Source: Candidatus Heimdallarchaeota archaeon (GTDB taxonomy: Archaea > Asgardarchaeota > Heimdallarchaeia > Heimdallarchaeales > Heimdallarchaeaceae). Taken from it: a DNA stretch of 64,000 nucleotides. Shown here one piece after another: positions 10,026-20,639 of this stretch; within the stretch, counting starts at the first letter, position 1; each line of letters begins with the position of its first letter. Location of the stretch: NCBI GenBank assembly GCA_019057815.1, contig JAHLWR010000007.1:32001-96000 (forward strand). Direction: 5' to 3'. The position numbers and the translations under genes are program-made. The notes beneath the pieces were generated by a model that saw nothing but the letters and a program-made list of their open reading frames with translations, was not told where the DNA came from and did not search any database.

Positions 10026-10165
10026 GCAACAATTCAAACGGATAATTGAAACAGATGAAACTATAAGTTTCAGTATCTAGAATTTCAGCTTTTTGAAAAC
10101 TTCAAAGAATATGTAACCATACATTTAAAAATGTTTGAAGAATTTTATTTCTCGGAGATAATTCA

Positions 10166-10348
10166 ATGGCTGATCCAATCTTTATTCCGTCATTAGTATC
10201 AATGTTCATAACAATGGGATTTTTCGGTTTAGTTATATTCCTCCTTACTACAGGTGTGAGAACTTTAAACAGGAGAATATCGAACGTACGTTTGAGAAGG
10301 AAATTAACAGCAGCTAAGATGATTGGAGAGCAAAAAAAAGCTCTATAA
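10166..10348 (+). CDS. Small single-TM membrane protein
   Basis: GGAG upstream; hydrophobic segment followed by basic tail. Confidence 0.5.
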   Translation: MADPIFIPSLVSMFITMGFFGLVIFLLTTGVRTLNRRISNVRLRRKLTAAKMIGEQKKAL

Positions 10349-10442
10349 ATTGTTAGTTTTTTCTCAAAGCTATATTTAGTCCTACAGTCATGTTATAGGT
10401 GAGTTAATTTTTGTTTTAGCATAATTATATAAACCAGTGTGA

Positions 10443-10655
10443 GTGCTACAATTCATGAGTCTAGTGGGAATATTAAAAATTACTTTTGGTGTAATAATAG
10501 GAATCATGGTTTTTCCAATCGTTTTAGGTTTAGGTCTTGCTGTTTTAGCAGTTATACTTACTATCATAGTTGTTCTTAAGGTATTTAACATTATAACATT
10601 TCAGTTTTTACGCAAGAAAAAAATAACCAGTAAAGATTTCTCTATAAAAGAATAA
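10443..10655 (+). CDS. Small hydrophobic membrane protein
   Basis: Long hydrophobic stretch followed by basic tail. Confidence 0.45.
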   Translation: MLQFMSLVGILKITFGVIIGIMVFPIVLGLGLAVLAVILTIIVVLKVFNIITFQFLRKKKITSKDFSIKE

Positions 10656-10676
10656 AAGAAAGAAAAGAGAGTAGTA

Positions 10677-11996
10677 TTATTTTAATTTTGATTTTCTTAT
10701 TCTAATATAAACCAATATTAAAACAGGTAAAAGAACAGACAAATAAAATGGAGCGGAGTATGTTTTTTCTAGTTTTTCATTTAAGGCATATAAATCAATA
10801 GATTCCGCTGTTCCATTGATGTAATATTCGTGTGTGTCTCCGATATCAGACCAGTAATTTCCTTCTTCCTTACCTTCTTCAAACCAAACATTAGTAGTAC
10901 CGTCATCTTTTGCTTGCGATGCACCATCGATATTGTTTTCAATGAAAAAGTTATGATGAATAGAGTTTTCTTCTGATACATCAAGGCATGTAATCGCGTA
11001 TTCATCATTTTGATAGAATTTGTTGAAATAGAATTCTGATGTACTTGCTTCGATCATCATTCCTTGAATGTTTTCACAAATTGTGTTATTGAAAACTTCA
11101 TGGTCTGAACCTATAATTGTGATACCTCCTGCATTACTATTACATGTGTTATTGAAAATACGCGCTTCAGAAGTAATCACACGTATCCCTTCCAAGTTAT
11201 CAAAACAAGTGTTATTTTCAACATTTAAAGAAGAACTCGATGTTGAATAAATACCTATTCTGTTATTTGAACATATATTATTTATTACTTCACACATATA
11301 GCTATTATCTATTAAAATGCCATGAACTTTGCTGTATTCACAGGTATTATTTTCGAAAGTAGAAAGATCAGATTGCACTGCATATATCCCATATTCATTG
11401 TTACCTGCATAGTTATGCATCACTTTTGATCTAGCAGAATCGAGTATCTCTATTCCTTTATAGCAGTTCAAGAGAAGATTAAGAGTTACTTCACAGTAGA
11501 GAGAACTGAGAATTAGAATTCCATCTGTACAATCATAACATTCATTTTCTTCTATAATTGAGAGAGTAGATTCTTGATTCACTATTCCAGCAACACAATC
11601 CCAAAAGACATTCTGTTCAATTCTGGTATTCGAAGCGCTTGTTGCATTAACTACAATTCCATAATAACTTAAGGAGAAATAGCAATTCCTTACAATAAAA
11701 GACTTCGTGGTTCCTTCTATATAAACCCCATAAAATCCTGTATTAGTAAAATTATAACCTTCAATAATGTAGGGATCCTCTATTGTTCCTGAACCTGGAA
11801 AGACCTCAAAATCACTGTCTTGGACAATAATTAAAGGTTCATGAGTTACAAAGTTCAGATTGTTAATTATTCTTGAGCTTGAATTCTCGTGTGAATTAAC
11901 AGCAGTCGTGCTTTGACTAATAATAAATAATATAAATGCTGTTGAGAGCAAAAATATCTTCGTTCTTTTACTTTTGAATTTCAATTGGCATTTCAC
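10677..11996 (-). CDS. NosD/right-handed parallel beta-helix surface protein
   Basis: Signal peptide, GSGTIEDPYIIEGY, NNTC repeats, GNYWSD, C-terminal TM plus basic tail. Confidence 0.85.
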   Translation of the reverse strand: MKCQLKFKSKRTKIFLLSTAFILFIISQSTTAVNSHENSSSRIINNLNFVTHEPLIIVQDSDFEVFPGSGTIEDPYIIEGYNFTNTGFYGVYIEGTTKSFIVRNCYFSLSYYGIVVNATSASNTRIEQNVFWDCVAGIVNQESTLSIIEENECYDCTDGILILSSLYCEVTLNLLLNCYKGIEILDSARSKVMHNYAGNNEYGIYAVQSDLSTFENNTCEYSKVHGILIDNSYMCEVINNICSNNRIGIYSTSSSSLNVENNTCFDNLEGIRVITSEARIFNNTCNSNAGGITIIGSDHEVFNNTICENIQGMMIEASTSEFYFNKFYQNDEYAITCLDVSEENSIHHNFFIENNIDGASQAKDDGTTNVWFEEGKEEGNYWSDIGDTHEYYINGTAESIDLYALNEKLEKTYSAPFYLSVLLPVLILVYIRIRKSKLK

Positions 11997-12127
11997 CTTT
12001 TTAGTAGAGTTATTGAAAGAATGAAGGAAGGAAATTTAACCTTTATGCATCAAAATTTTATAAGAAAAAGAAAAAAAATTACTGTTACTGGAAATCATTT
12101 ATAAAAGAGTAATTACTGTTTGGTTTT

Positions 12128-13009
12128 ATGTCAAAACAGAAGGTTAAATTATCAGCTGATTCCAGCTGCATGCAAAAAGAAGTTTTTTATAGTGAAGGAA
12201 TAGCTCCTTTGCAATCTCAACTGTTTTTCAATGAGAAACACCATAAAGATTTAGATGATCTAGATAGGGATGATTTTGTATCCAAAGTGGCTAAAATAGA
12301 CCCTTACCCTACTTCAGCTCTCGCTAGTCCACAAGATGCTTTAGATATTTTTACACAAGCAGAGAAAGATGGTTTCGATGAAGTACTTTACATTGGTTTA
12401 CATCCCAATGTGAGTAATCAGTACAATACTGCAAAAGTTGCTGCTAAGAAATACGAAAAAGAAGGAGGAAAAACAAAAGTCCATCTCTACCAATCAGGTT
12501 TAATGTGCATAGCTCAAGGTGCAATGGCATATTCAGCTTCGCAACTTGCAAAGAAAGGTAAAACAAGTGAAGAGATCATCAAATATTTAGATTCAATCAA
12601 AGAAAATGTACATGAAGCTGGTTGCTCAGCTAATTTCCAAATCCTATTCAAAACCGGAAAAATCAAAAAAGGCTTTAAGATTTCCATGATTTCTACTCTT
12701 ATGAGGTTGAAACCACTGACAGAAGTAAACCTGAAAGTTGGTCCTACTGGTGTTGGGGGTGCCCCAGGTTATAAAAAAGCACTTAAAAGTGTAATCAAGA
12801 ATCTTGAAGGAAAAGCTCAACCTGATACTGTTTATGATCTTTATGTAGCTGATGCATTAGCACCAAAATTAAAAAAGAAATTTATTGAAACGATTCCTAA
12901 ACACATTAAGATCAATAAAATACATGATTGGAAGCTGCCACCCATAACTTCTTGGGCTTGGGGTAAAGGAGCTGTTATGGCAGCTATAGCTCCTACAATG
13001 GAAGAATAG
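12128..13009 (+). CDS. DegV family (fatty-acid-binding, FakB-like) protein
   Basis: ADSSC N-terminus, PTSA..SP, LKP motif, WGKGAV C-terminus; typical length. Confidence 0.75.
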   Translation: MSKQKVKLSADSSCMQKEVFYSEGIAPLQSQLFFNEKHHKDLDDLDRDDFVSKVAKIDPYPTSALASPQDALDIFTQAEKDGFDEVLYIGLHPNVSNQYNTAKVAAKKYEKEGGKTKVHLYQSGLMCIAQGAMAYSASQLAKKGKTSEEIIKYLDSIKENVHEAGCSANFQILFKTGKIKKGFKISMISTLMRLKPLTEVNLKVGPTGVGGAPGYKKALKSVIKNLEGKAQPDTVYDLYVADALAPKLKKKFIETIPKHIKINKIHDWKLPPITSWAWGKGAVMAAIAPTMEE

Positions 13010-13141
13010 TGAATTTAGAAAAAAATTCACTTTCTATTTTCTTTTTATAAAATATTTTGAGAACTATGAAAGAGTAATATTAATCTGAAAACATAATGTT
13101 CATACCATAAAAGTAAAGAAGTTCTTAGTCGTGTAAAATAT

Positions 13142-14698
13142 ATGGGCTCTAGAAAAAATAAACTCTTTACTATTATTATTATGCTAATTATTTTGTCTCC
13201 TCTTAGCTCTTTATTCAATAACGTTATTGCAGCAGATGAATCTCCCAAATACATTCATCTATCATGGCAACATGACCCTAAAACCACCATGACAATAAGC
13301 TGGAGAACAAACATTGAAACAGAATCAATTGTCCAATATGGTATTGATAACTCATCAACATTCGAGCAAATTGGATCATCTGGACAATGGCACTCAGTTG
13401 AACTTACAAGTCTTCATCCTGATACAAAATACCTTTATCGTGTTGGAAATGGTGAGATTTGGTGCGCAGAAAATAATTTCAAAACGGGGACAGAAGGAAA
13501 CCATACGACATTTGTTGCTTGGGGGGATTCGAGACACTATCGTCCTGAAAGACGATCTGTTGTAGAAATAGTAAATAGTTTGTTTTATGACTTCAGTGTA
13601 TTTACAGGAGATTTTATTAATAATGGTTTATACATTGAACAATGGTACAATTTGTTAGCTGATTTTAAACCTGTTATGGAAAATACATCTTTAATGCCAC
13701 TTTTAGGTAATCATGAAGAAAACAGTTCAATTTACTACGATATTTTTGCTCTTCCAGGAAAAGAGGAGTACTACTCATTTGACTATGGCCCAATTCACTT
13801 TGCAGTATTACATAGTTGCGTCGAACGTTATGATGGAAATATGACTGAACAATTTGAATGGATTCAACAAGATCTTGAGGATAATCAAGATTCCATCTGG
13901 AAAGTAGTTATGGTACATCGACCTGTATTTGCTTCATCAGCAAGAGACCTAAACGGAGATTATGATGATTTGAAAGAAGGACTTATCCCAATTCTTGAAC
14001 AATGTGGTGTTGATATAGTTTTATCAGGACATGACCATTTTTATGAGAGGTTATTGCACAACAACATAACATATATTGTTACTGGGGGCGCAGGAGCTCC
14101 ACTTAAAAAAATAATAAGTACTTATATACTTGAACAATCACAATATGCCGAATCGACATTACATGTTGTTTTAATAGATGTATATGAAAATCAGATGGAT
14201 TTGCGAGCAATAAATACTAGCTATGGAATAATAGATCGATTTACAATAAATAGAATCAACAAACCAGATTTACATGTTGAAAACCTACCTAGTACTCGAG
14301 AAATGCTGCTATCAGAAGCTGGTACTATTGATATTATCATTAACAATATAGGAGAAGAAGATATTCTTGTAGAAACAACTGCAATAGTTGAGTGTTCTAA
14401 TGGTGAGGAATGGATTCTAAATGTACCAGCATTAGCGAAAAATGAAAAAACTGTTTTCAGTTTAGATACGAATTATACGGATGTAGGGTCATATATATGG
14501 ACAGTTAGACTAGACACAGAAGAGGAAGTAGATGAGGTAGTAGAAGAAAATAATGAAGTGTCTTTTATCTTTAATATATGTGAAGTAACCGAGGAATCTC
14601 CGTTCTTTGGGGAAAACATCTGGAGTATAATTAGTATTTCAACTACTATTCTATTAGTTGCTACTATAAGAGTAAAAATCAGAAAGAAAAAGAATTAA
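13142..14698 (+). CDS. Secreted purple-acid-phosphatase-like metallophosphoesterase with FN3 and CARDB-like domains and C-terminal anchor
   Basis: WGDSR, TGDF, GNHE, HRP, GHDH, TGGAGAP motifs; EVDEVVEENN. Confidence 0.85.
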   Translation: MGSRKNKLFTIIIMLIILSPLSSLFNNVIAADESPKYIHLSWQHDPKTTMTISWRTNIETESIVQYGIDNSSTFEQIGSSGQWHSVELTSLHPDTKYLYRVGNGEIWCAENNFKTGTEGNHTTFVAWGDSRHYRPERRSVVEIVNSLFYDFSVFTGDFINNGLYIEQWYNLLADFKPVMENTSLMPLLGNHEENSSIYYDIFALPGKEEYYSFDYGPIHFAVLHSCVERYDGNMTEQFEWIQQDLEDNQDSIWKVVMVHRPVFASSARDLNGDYDDLKEGLIPILEQCGVDIVLSGHDHFYERLLHNNITYIVTGGAGAPLKKIISTYILEQSQYAESTLHVVLIDVYENQMDLRAINTSYGIIDRFTINRINKPDLHVENLPSTREMLLSEAGTIDIIINNIGEEDILVETTAIVECSNGEEWILNVPALAKNEKTVFSLDTNYTDVGSYIWTVRLDTEEEVDEVVEENNEVSFIFNICEVTEESPFFGENIWSIISISTTILLVATIRVKIRKKKN

Positions 14699-14947
14699 TC
14701 ATACCTCTTCTCCTCTTTTTTGTAATTTTATTGATTTAACCTTGTCTCAAGGTCCCCTTATTAGATAAAGACCCATCCAAGAAGAAAGGTGGTAGAGAGA
14801 GAGAAGTAAGGCAAATAAAAAATAGTGGATAAATGATTGTTTCAAATCTTCTAAAAGGGAAAGTTGATTTTCCTTTCTTTGAGAAGTACGTTAAAACATT
14901 ACTTATTATTAGAAATTATAATATATTATAGCACACTATAATTAATA

Positions 14948-15166
14948 ATGAGTAAAACTACGATTCAAATTGACAGTGAGCTTAAAGCTATGTTAGAACG
15001 ACTCAAAATTCATCCTAGGGAACCTTATTCCGATGTAATAGCTCGTTTGCTCTCTCTTAATCTTGAATCCGCTGAAGAAACCCTCAAAACAGTAAACATG
15101 GTCCAAAAGGAAAAGATGAGAGAACTCTGGAATAATGAAGACGACGAGGTTTGGAACAATGTATGA
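14948..15166 (+). CDS. Small antitoxin-like (RHH-type) protein
   Basis: TTIQI..ELK..L..LK.HPREPYSDVI.RL; WNNEDDEVW tail; overlaps a toxin-like start. Confidence 0.65.
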   Translation: MSKTTIQIDSELKAMLERLKIHPREPYSDVIARLLSLNLESAEETLKTVNMVQKEKMRELWNNEDDEVWNNV

Positions 15167-15197
15167 GTTTGGGGATGTTATTCTAACAGAGATATAA
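15159..15197 (+). pseudogene. Truncated PemK/MazF-like toxin N-terminus (MYEFGDVILTEI*)
   Basis: ATG overlaps the antitoxin stop; GDVIL resembles PemK starts; ends at a duplication junction. Confidence 0.5.
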
Positions 15198-15200
15198 TTG

Positions 15201-15286
15201 GTGCCTTTGCTTTGTCGTTCTTTGTTACTCGAATTCGCAAGAAAAATTCTAAACCGAACTAGTTTTAACTAGTTTTTCCTTTTTTT
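15201..15286 (+). repeat. Duplicated segment A1 (copy of 17532-17616)
   Basis: gtgcctttg...ttctttgttactcga.ttcg.aagaaaaa...gaactagttttaactagtt is shared by both copies. Confidence 0.85.
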
Positions 15287-15481
15287 CTTTAATTTATAAA
15301 TGTCTCAGGACACTTTTTCTATCTGTTATCAGAGCTTAATTCTAAATATCTTTGAATTATCAACATTTAAAAATATGAGAAAACCTTGATTCTTGACGTC
15401 AATTTTTTTGTAATAAGTGAATAGTTATAAGATTTCTCTTTTTATGTTTATTATTATTGGATTTCTACTGGGAGAATTAAG

Positions 15482-16357
15482 ATGTTTAGTGTTGTTAGCT
15501 TTCTAATTACTCTACGAGAAACTATTGAAGCTGCTTTAATCATTGGTATCTTGTTGATTTATGTTATCAAAATAGATAAGAGGAAATTATCTCGAGATAT
15601 CTGGATTGGTACTATCGTTGGAATTCTGGTCTCTATTGGTGCAGCTTTCGCTTTCAACTACCTCTTGGGTGGTTTTGATCAATATGAGAAGTATATTGAA
15701 GGATTTTCAATGGTAATTGTAGCTATTATTTTAACTTGGATGATCATTTGGATGCAACTTACTAGTAAAAACATTAAATCTAAACTGGAATCAAGGATTA
15801 ATCAATCTATTAAAAACGAACAAAGATTTGGTCTGATGTTTTTAGCTTTCATTACTGTCCTAAGGGAAGGTATAGAGACTGTTCTTTTCCTTTCAGGGAT
15901 TGAAGCATCAGGAGAAGAAGGTGTAACTATTCTAATCTCTGGCTTAGTAGGTATATTGGTTGCATTAATCATTACTATCATCATTTTTTTTAGTGGAAAA
16001 AGTATTAACATTAAGCTATTCTTCAATATAACTAGCATTCTGTTAGTGTTATTTGCAGCAGGTATGTTAGCTTATGGTTTTCATGAATTTCAAGAATTAA
16101 ATTGGTTTGGGACAGAAAATAGCTGGTTAAATAGTATCGTTTGGGACACAAGTACATTTTTCAATGACAAAACTAACGAGTTTGGAAAGTTCTTGAGAGC
16201 TCTTTTTGGTTATCAAGATAAGCCCACTTGGATAGAATTAATTGTTTATTTTGGATATTACCTATTATTAGCTGTAATATTTGTAATAGTCAAAAAGAAA
16301 TCAAAGAATAAAAGAAATCTAATGATCAAAAATGAGCAGAGAGTAGAAAATGTATAA
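15482..16357 (+). CDS. FTR1-family high-affinity iron permease
   Basis: Two REXXE motifs (LRETIEA, LREGIET); about 7 TM; HEFQE. Confidence 0.9.
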   Translation: MFSVVSFLITLRETIEAALIIGILLIYVIKIDKRKLSRDIWIGTIVGILVSIGAAFAFNYLLGGFDQYEKYIEGFSMVIVAIILTWMIIWMQLTSKNIKSKLESRINQSIKNEQRFGLMFLAFITVLREGIETVLFLSGIEASGEEGVTILISGLVGILVALIITIIIFFSGKSINIKLFFNITSILLVLFAAGMLAYGFHEFQELNWFGTENSWLNSIVWDTSTFFNDKTNEFGKFLRALFGYQDKPTWIELIVYFGYYLLLAVIFVIVKKKSKNKRNLMIKNEQRVENV

Positions 16358-16359
16358 GG

Positions 16360-16612
16360 TTTTTTACATTTTTCGTTTTCTTTTTCTCTTCTGATTAATG
16401 TCTTTTAGCTTTTCTAATTTCATTTCAGTGTTCTTATGAGGATTACAAGGAGGATCAGCTGCTCTTAAAGAACAGTTTTTACACAAGATAGTGTTCTTGC
16501 TTTTACGTATATCATTATATAGAATTGTTGCAAAAAATAGCATTACAAAAAGACTTATTTTCAGATTCCATGATGGAATTAAGACTACAAGTGCTACATA
16601 TCCTCCTAATCC
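16360..16612 (-). pseudogene. Duplicated 3' part (segment A2) of gene 17595-18245, matching 17611-17867
   Basis: About 250 bp of high identity, e.g. cttaaagaacagtttttacacaagatagtgttcttg and caaaaaatagcattacaaaaagacttattttcagattccatgatggaa. Confidence 0.9.
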
Positions 16613-16673
16613 TATAGGTCATTTCTCTTTTTCTACACTAAAACATAATGTGGGTGGGAATATTTAAATATCC

Positions 16674-17003
16674 ATGTGGGACATTAAATGTGGGAATATA
16701 ATGACTTCAGATATTAAAACTAGAAAAGTTGATTCAAAAGGTAGAGTTATTATTCCTCTAAGAAATGAAGAACAGGTTTTCATGGCTGAAAAGGAGGGAG
16801 TGATACTTATCAGTCCAAGTGAATCTTCTTTAGAATTAGCACTAAAATCATTAGAAAAGAAGACAAAAGAAGAACAAACTAAGATGATAAATGATTGGTT
16901 TCAACTTATAACAGAAGCTGGACTTGAAGATATGTGTTCAAATAAAATTCATGGGAGTATTGGTAAAAGCCTTGTTAAGAAGAAAAACAAAATGGAGGAA
17001 TAA
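16674..17003 (+). CDS. AbrB/MazE-like antitoxin (start likely 16701)
   Basis: RKVDSKGRVIIP; directly upstream of a PIN toxin. Confidence 0.75.
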   Translation: MWDIKCGNIMTSDIKTRKVDSKGRVIIPLRNEEQVFMAEKEGVILISPSESSLELALKSLEKKTKEEQTKMINDWFQLITEAGLEDMCSNKIHGSIGKSLVKKKNKMEE

Positions 17004-17008
17004 TTACC

Positions 17009-17464
17009 TTGACAAGAGCAATAAAAACCATATTTATCGATACAACAGCATGGTTTTCTTCTAGAGCACAATTTCAGAGTGTAATTCTTAATCAGTGGGA
17101 ATTAGTTACTAGTTCGTTAGTTGTTTATGAATTTTTAAAAATAATAGAACAGGAATTAGAGATTGCAACTCAAAAAGCCAACAATAATAGATACAATCTT
17201 TTAATGAATTTAAAAGGAAGATTTCCTGAATTACTCTCTTTTTGTAATGTGAAAATCCTTCCGCTTGATATTAAAGTGATTGATTTGAATTCAGTCTACA
17301 AGCTTATTAAGAAGCATCAAATTGACGTTGGTGATGCTTTGAATTATTTATTACTACAACGAAAAGAAATAAACTATATTTTATCTGATGATAAAGACTG
17401 GAATCGATTACCTAATGTAACAGTAGTAGATGATGAACTTCTGAGAAAAGAAAAAAAGAAATGA
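17009..17464 (+). CDS. vapC: VapC/PIN-domain toxin
   Basis: IFIDTTA, VVYE, GDAL, ILSDDKDW acidic PIN tetrad. Confidence 0.8.
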   Translation: MTRAIKTIFIDTTAWFSSRAQFQSVILNQWELVTSSLVVYEFLKIIEQELEIATQKANNNRYNLLMNLKGRFPELLSFCNVKILPLDIKVIDLNSVYKLIKKHQIDVGDALNYLLLQRKEINYILSDDKDWNRLPNVTVVDDELLRKEKKK

Positions 17465-17594
17465 AAAAAGATTCAGGAAAGATAATATTCTAATTTACGA
17501 GGGATTGTCATATTTGCAAGTTTGATAGTTTGTGCCTTTGTTTTTAGTTCTTTGTTACTCGAGTTCGTAAGAAAAAATCAAAACAGAACTAGTT

Positions 17595-18245
17595 TTAACT
17601 AGTTCTTACTTTTTTTACATTTTTCTTTTTCTTTTCTTTTTCTTTGTTTTTAATGTCTTTTAGTTTTTCCAATTTCATTTCAGTGTTCCTATGAGGATTA
17701 CAAGGGGGATCAGCTTTTCTTAAAGAACAGTTTTTACACAAGATAGTGTTCTTGTTTTTACGTATATCATTATATAGAATTGATGCAAAAAATAGCATTA
17801 CAAAAAGACTTATTTTCAGATTCCATGATGGAACTAGTACTACAAGTGCTACATATCCTCCTAATCCCAACCCTAGAGAAAAGCGCATGAATGCTTTAAT
17901 CCACTTGTTTTGAGGATTGAGCATAAGCTGGATTAATGCTAATAGAACCCCGAAAATAGTTACATATCCGTTATTTATTGGATTAGTTTTAAAAAACTCC
18001 ATGAATGAATAAAAGACGATTGAATAAATTATGAAGCCAATTATTGAACTTGTACAACCTACACAAAGGTACATAGAACCTATTTTAAAGATGTGATTTC
18101 TGTATCTACTGCATGTCGGATGATGTGCTAAATATGTCCAAGAAGAGATCTTAAATTTATTCCATAAATAGTGTAGTTGTGAAGATTTGTTGACTTCAAT
18201 ATCTGTTTCTCTATACGGTGAGAATATTTTTTCTTCTTTCTCCAT
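17595..18245 (-). CDS. Membrane protein with Cys/His motifs
   Basis: LAHHPTC, LCVGC, 4 TM segments, CKNC...PC. Confidence 0.7.
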   Translation of the reverse strand: MEKEEKIFSPYRETDIEVNKSSQLHYLWNKFKISSWTYLAHHPTCSRYRNHIFKIGSMYLCVGCTSSIIGFIIYSIVFYSFMEFFKTNPINNGYVTIFGVLLALIQLMLNPQNKWIKAFMRFSLGLGLGGYVALVVLVPSWNLKISLFVMLFFASILYNDIRKNKNTILCKNCSLRKADPPCNPHRNTEMKLEKLKDIKNKEKEKKKKNVKKVRTS

Positions 18246-18304
18246 TAGATAACCTTGGTGTTCTTTGTTCTTGAATCCTTACAACATTAATAAAAGATGA
18301 GCTT

Positions 18305-19051
18305 TCAATCAAATTTTACGTTTTTACTCTTCAAATCTATTTCAATTAAAACTTCATTTTCTATAATTTTTGCAGGTTTTCCTAATGTTGGCAATAATGA
18401 TGAACTAATAACTAGAGCTGTAGAACTTTCGTATAATTTCATTTTATAATAATTCGGATGACTCTTATGGAACACACCCACCCATACTTTTTCTGGTGAA
18501 GCTAGTACAAAATTAGCTCCAGAATAATCCCAACCATCTAAAGTTGCTTCAACTATTTTCCTATTCAATGTCCAATTATTCTTTTTCATTCCTGTTAAGA
18601 GTGAAAAGAAAAATAGTTCTGAATCTGTTGACCCTTCAAGGTGAAATACTTCTTCATCATACTTTTCGATTTGATTTTTTATTGTACCATTATGTGCAAA
18701 AACAAATTCCTTGTTACTATTGTGCCAATAAAAAGGATGATTGTTGTGAACATTAACTTCTATACCTGGAGATGCTCGTCTGGCATGTAAAAGAAGAAAT
18801 TTAGAGCGTAAATTTATCCATTCATCTATTGGAGCATTTTGAAAAATCGGTTCTACGAAGCAATGAGTCGCAAAGTGACCTTTTTCATAAAATGCATATC
18901 CGAAACCATCAGCATGATTATATGATTTGTCTTGATTGTGCTCATGTAAGTCTCTTTTTATCCCTTCAGGATAATCAGCACAAGAATCCAAAAAATCCTT
19001 ATAAACACTTTTTTTCAATGGTTTCCCAATTTGTACTAAGATTCTGCACAT
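18305..19051 (-). CDS. Class II glutamine amidotransferase-like protein (Ntn hydrolase)
   Basis: N-terminal MC, HADGFG, HARRAS, NNHPF, FAHNGT, TDSE. Confidence 0.88.
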   Translation of the reverse strand: MCRILVQIGKPLKKSVYKDFLDSCADYPEGIKRDLHEHNQDKSYNHADGFGYAFYEKGHFATHCFVEPIFQNAPIDEWINLRSKFLLLHARRASPGIEVNVHNNHPFYWHNSNKEFVFAHNGTIKNQIEKYDEEVFHLEGSTDSELFFFSLLTGMKKNNWTLNRKIVEATLDGWDYSGANFVLASPEKVWVGVFHKSHPNYYKMKLYESSTALVISSSLLPTLGKPAKIIENEVLIEIDLKSKNVKFD

Positions 19052-19116
19052 TAACTTCCATTACGGTTATTTTAATCCCTATATTTCTTTTTTTCCCTAA
19101 GAAGGTTATTATTCAT

Positions 19117-20469
19117 CTATCTTTGAATTAAATGGGTTTTCGTTACTAAATCTTTCTTTTTCACAAAGAATCCAATTACAATAGCAGAGATGAAAGCTAA
19201 AATGGTTGTGACTATCATAATCACTTGAATACCAAAAACTTCTACATTCCCAAACGTCCATGTGTGGGGTGCAAAAAGATCATACATGATTCCACCTAGT
19301 AATGGTCCGAAGATTGCACCTATATTATGAAACATCTGTACATTTCCAAATTCTAACCCTCTTTTTTCAGCTTCAACTAAATCTGCTTGCAATGCCCTGA
19401 AGGCAGGCATGTTGGTTTGTTGTACCATTTGTCTTACTATAAAAAGTGATAATAATGCAAAAGATGCCATCTTGAACCCAAGGAAGAAAAGAAGCGAACC
19501 TGATAACACAGCTGTAACTATAACTACAGCTTTTTTATTGGTTTTATCGCTAAGATATCCCCCAATAGGACTAAATATTACTCCTGCTATCCCAGCTATT
19601 CCAAAAACAATTCCAATATATTCTTCTGATAGATAATAATACTCATTTAAGAAAAGTGCTAGTACTGGAAAAATCATTGAGAATCCGAAACCGTTGGAGA
19701 AAGCCATTACAAATATAGCTCTAAGGCTTCCTGTTCTTTCTCTCCAAAATGAGGGTTTAAGGAAACTAGGAATATTTAACCTAATAGATGCAGAAGATTT
19801 GATTACTTCCTTGATTGCTATCCATATTTCTTTCAAAGACATTTTTGCTGTACCTGTCTTAGGATCTACAACTAACAGATTAAAGATTACAAAAGATAAG
19901 GATGTTAAAGCTCCCATGAGGAAGAAAGTTACCTGAAAAGCAGCAATTTCAGAATTAACTATCAATCTAGAAAGACTCAACAAGCCACTACCTAGAAAAG
20001 GACCGATTGACCATCCAAGTGTCATCGAAAGAATAAACCATCCGAGATTTCTCCCTCTCGTATTTTCCTCTGAAATATCAACAACTGTTGACTCAGCTAC
20101 AGGCCACACTAAGGCTGATGCGACACCTTGTAGGAATCTGACTGTGAAAAGAGACCAAAAAGCAGTAGCTAGACCGAAACCAAAAGTTAAGATTGCATAC
20201 ATTGCGAAACCGACAACCATAATAGGTTTCCGACCAGCCTTATCGCTTAATTTACCAAAAAAGGGGGCTAGAAAAGCTCTAGAAATCATCATTGCCGATG
20301 TTAGTAAGCCAATTTGTGTTACAACACCAATCCTCACAAAACCCCAGTCCCACTCGTAAAAAAACAATCTAGCATACAATGAAAGGAAAGGCAAAATAGC
20401 TCCAAACCCTAAGTTAACCACAAAACTAGATAACATTAAACCCATTAGAGTTTGAGTCTGTTTTCGCAT
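19117..20469 (-). CDS. MFS transporter
   Basis: GKLSDKAGRK motif A; 12 TM. Confidence 0.9.
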   Translation of the reverse strand: MRKQTQTLMGLMLSSFVVNLGFGAILPFLSLYARLFFYEWDWGFVRIGVVTQIGLLTSAMMISRAFLAPFFGKLSDKAGRKPIMVVGFAMYAILTFGFGLATAFWSLFTVRFLQGVASALVWPVAESTVVDISEENTRGRNLGWFILSMTLGWSIGPFLGSGLLSLSRLIVNSEIAAFQVTFFLMGALTSLSFVIFNLLVVDPKTGTAKMSLKEIWIAIKEVIKSSASIRLNIPSFLKPSFWRERTGSLRAIFVMAFSNGFGFSMIFPVLALFLNEYYYLSEEYIGIVFGIAGIAGVIFSPIGGYLSDKTNKKAVVIVTAVLSGSLLFFLGFKMASFALLSLFIVRQMVQQTNMPAFRALQADLVEAEKRGLEFGNVQMFHNIGAIFGPLLGGIMYDLFAPHTWTFGNVEVFGIQVIMIVTTILAFISAIVIGFFVKKKDLVTKTHLIQR

Positions 20470-20639
20470 TTAATCTTCGTTTAAAATTTTATTTAAAAAT
20501 ATGTTCATAAGAAAAAAATGTTTTTGCATTAGAGAAAATCCTTACTTTTCATTTATTTCTCTTTGTTTATACAATTGTTTTACACGCTGAAAATATTCTT
20601 TACCTCAACATTTTTGAATAAGTGTACAAATGTGCGTTT

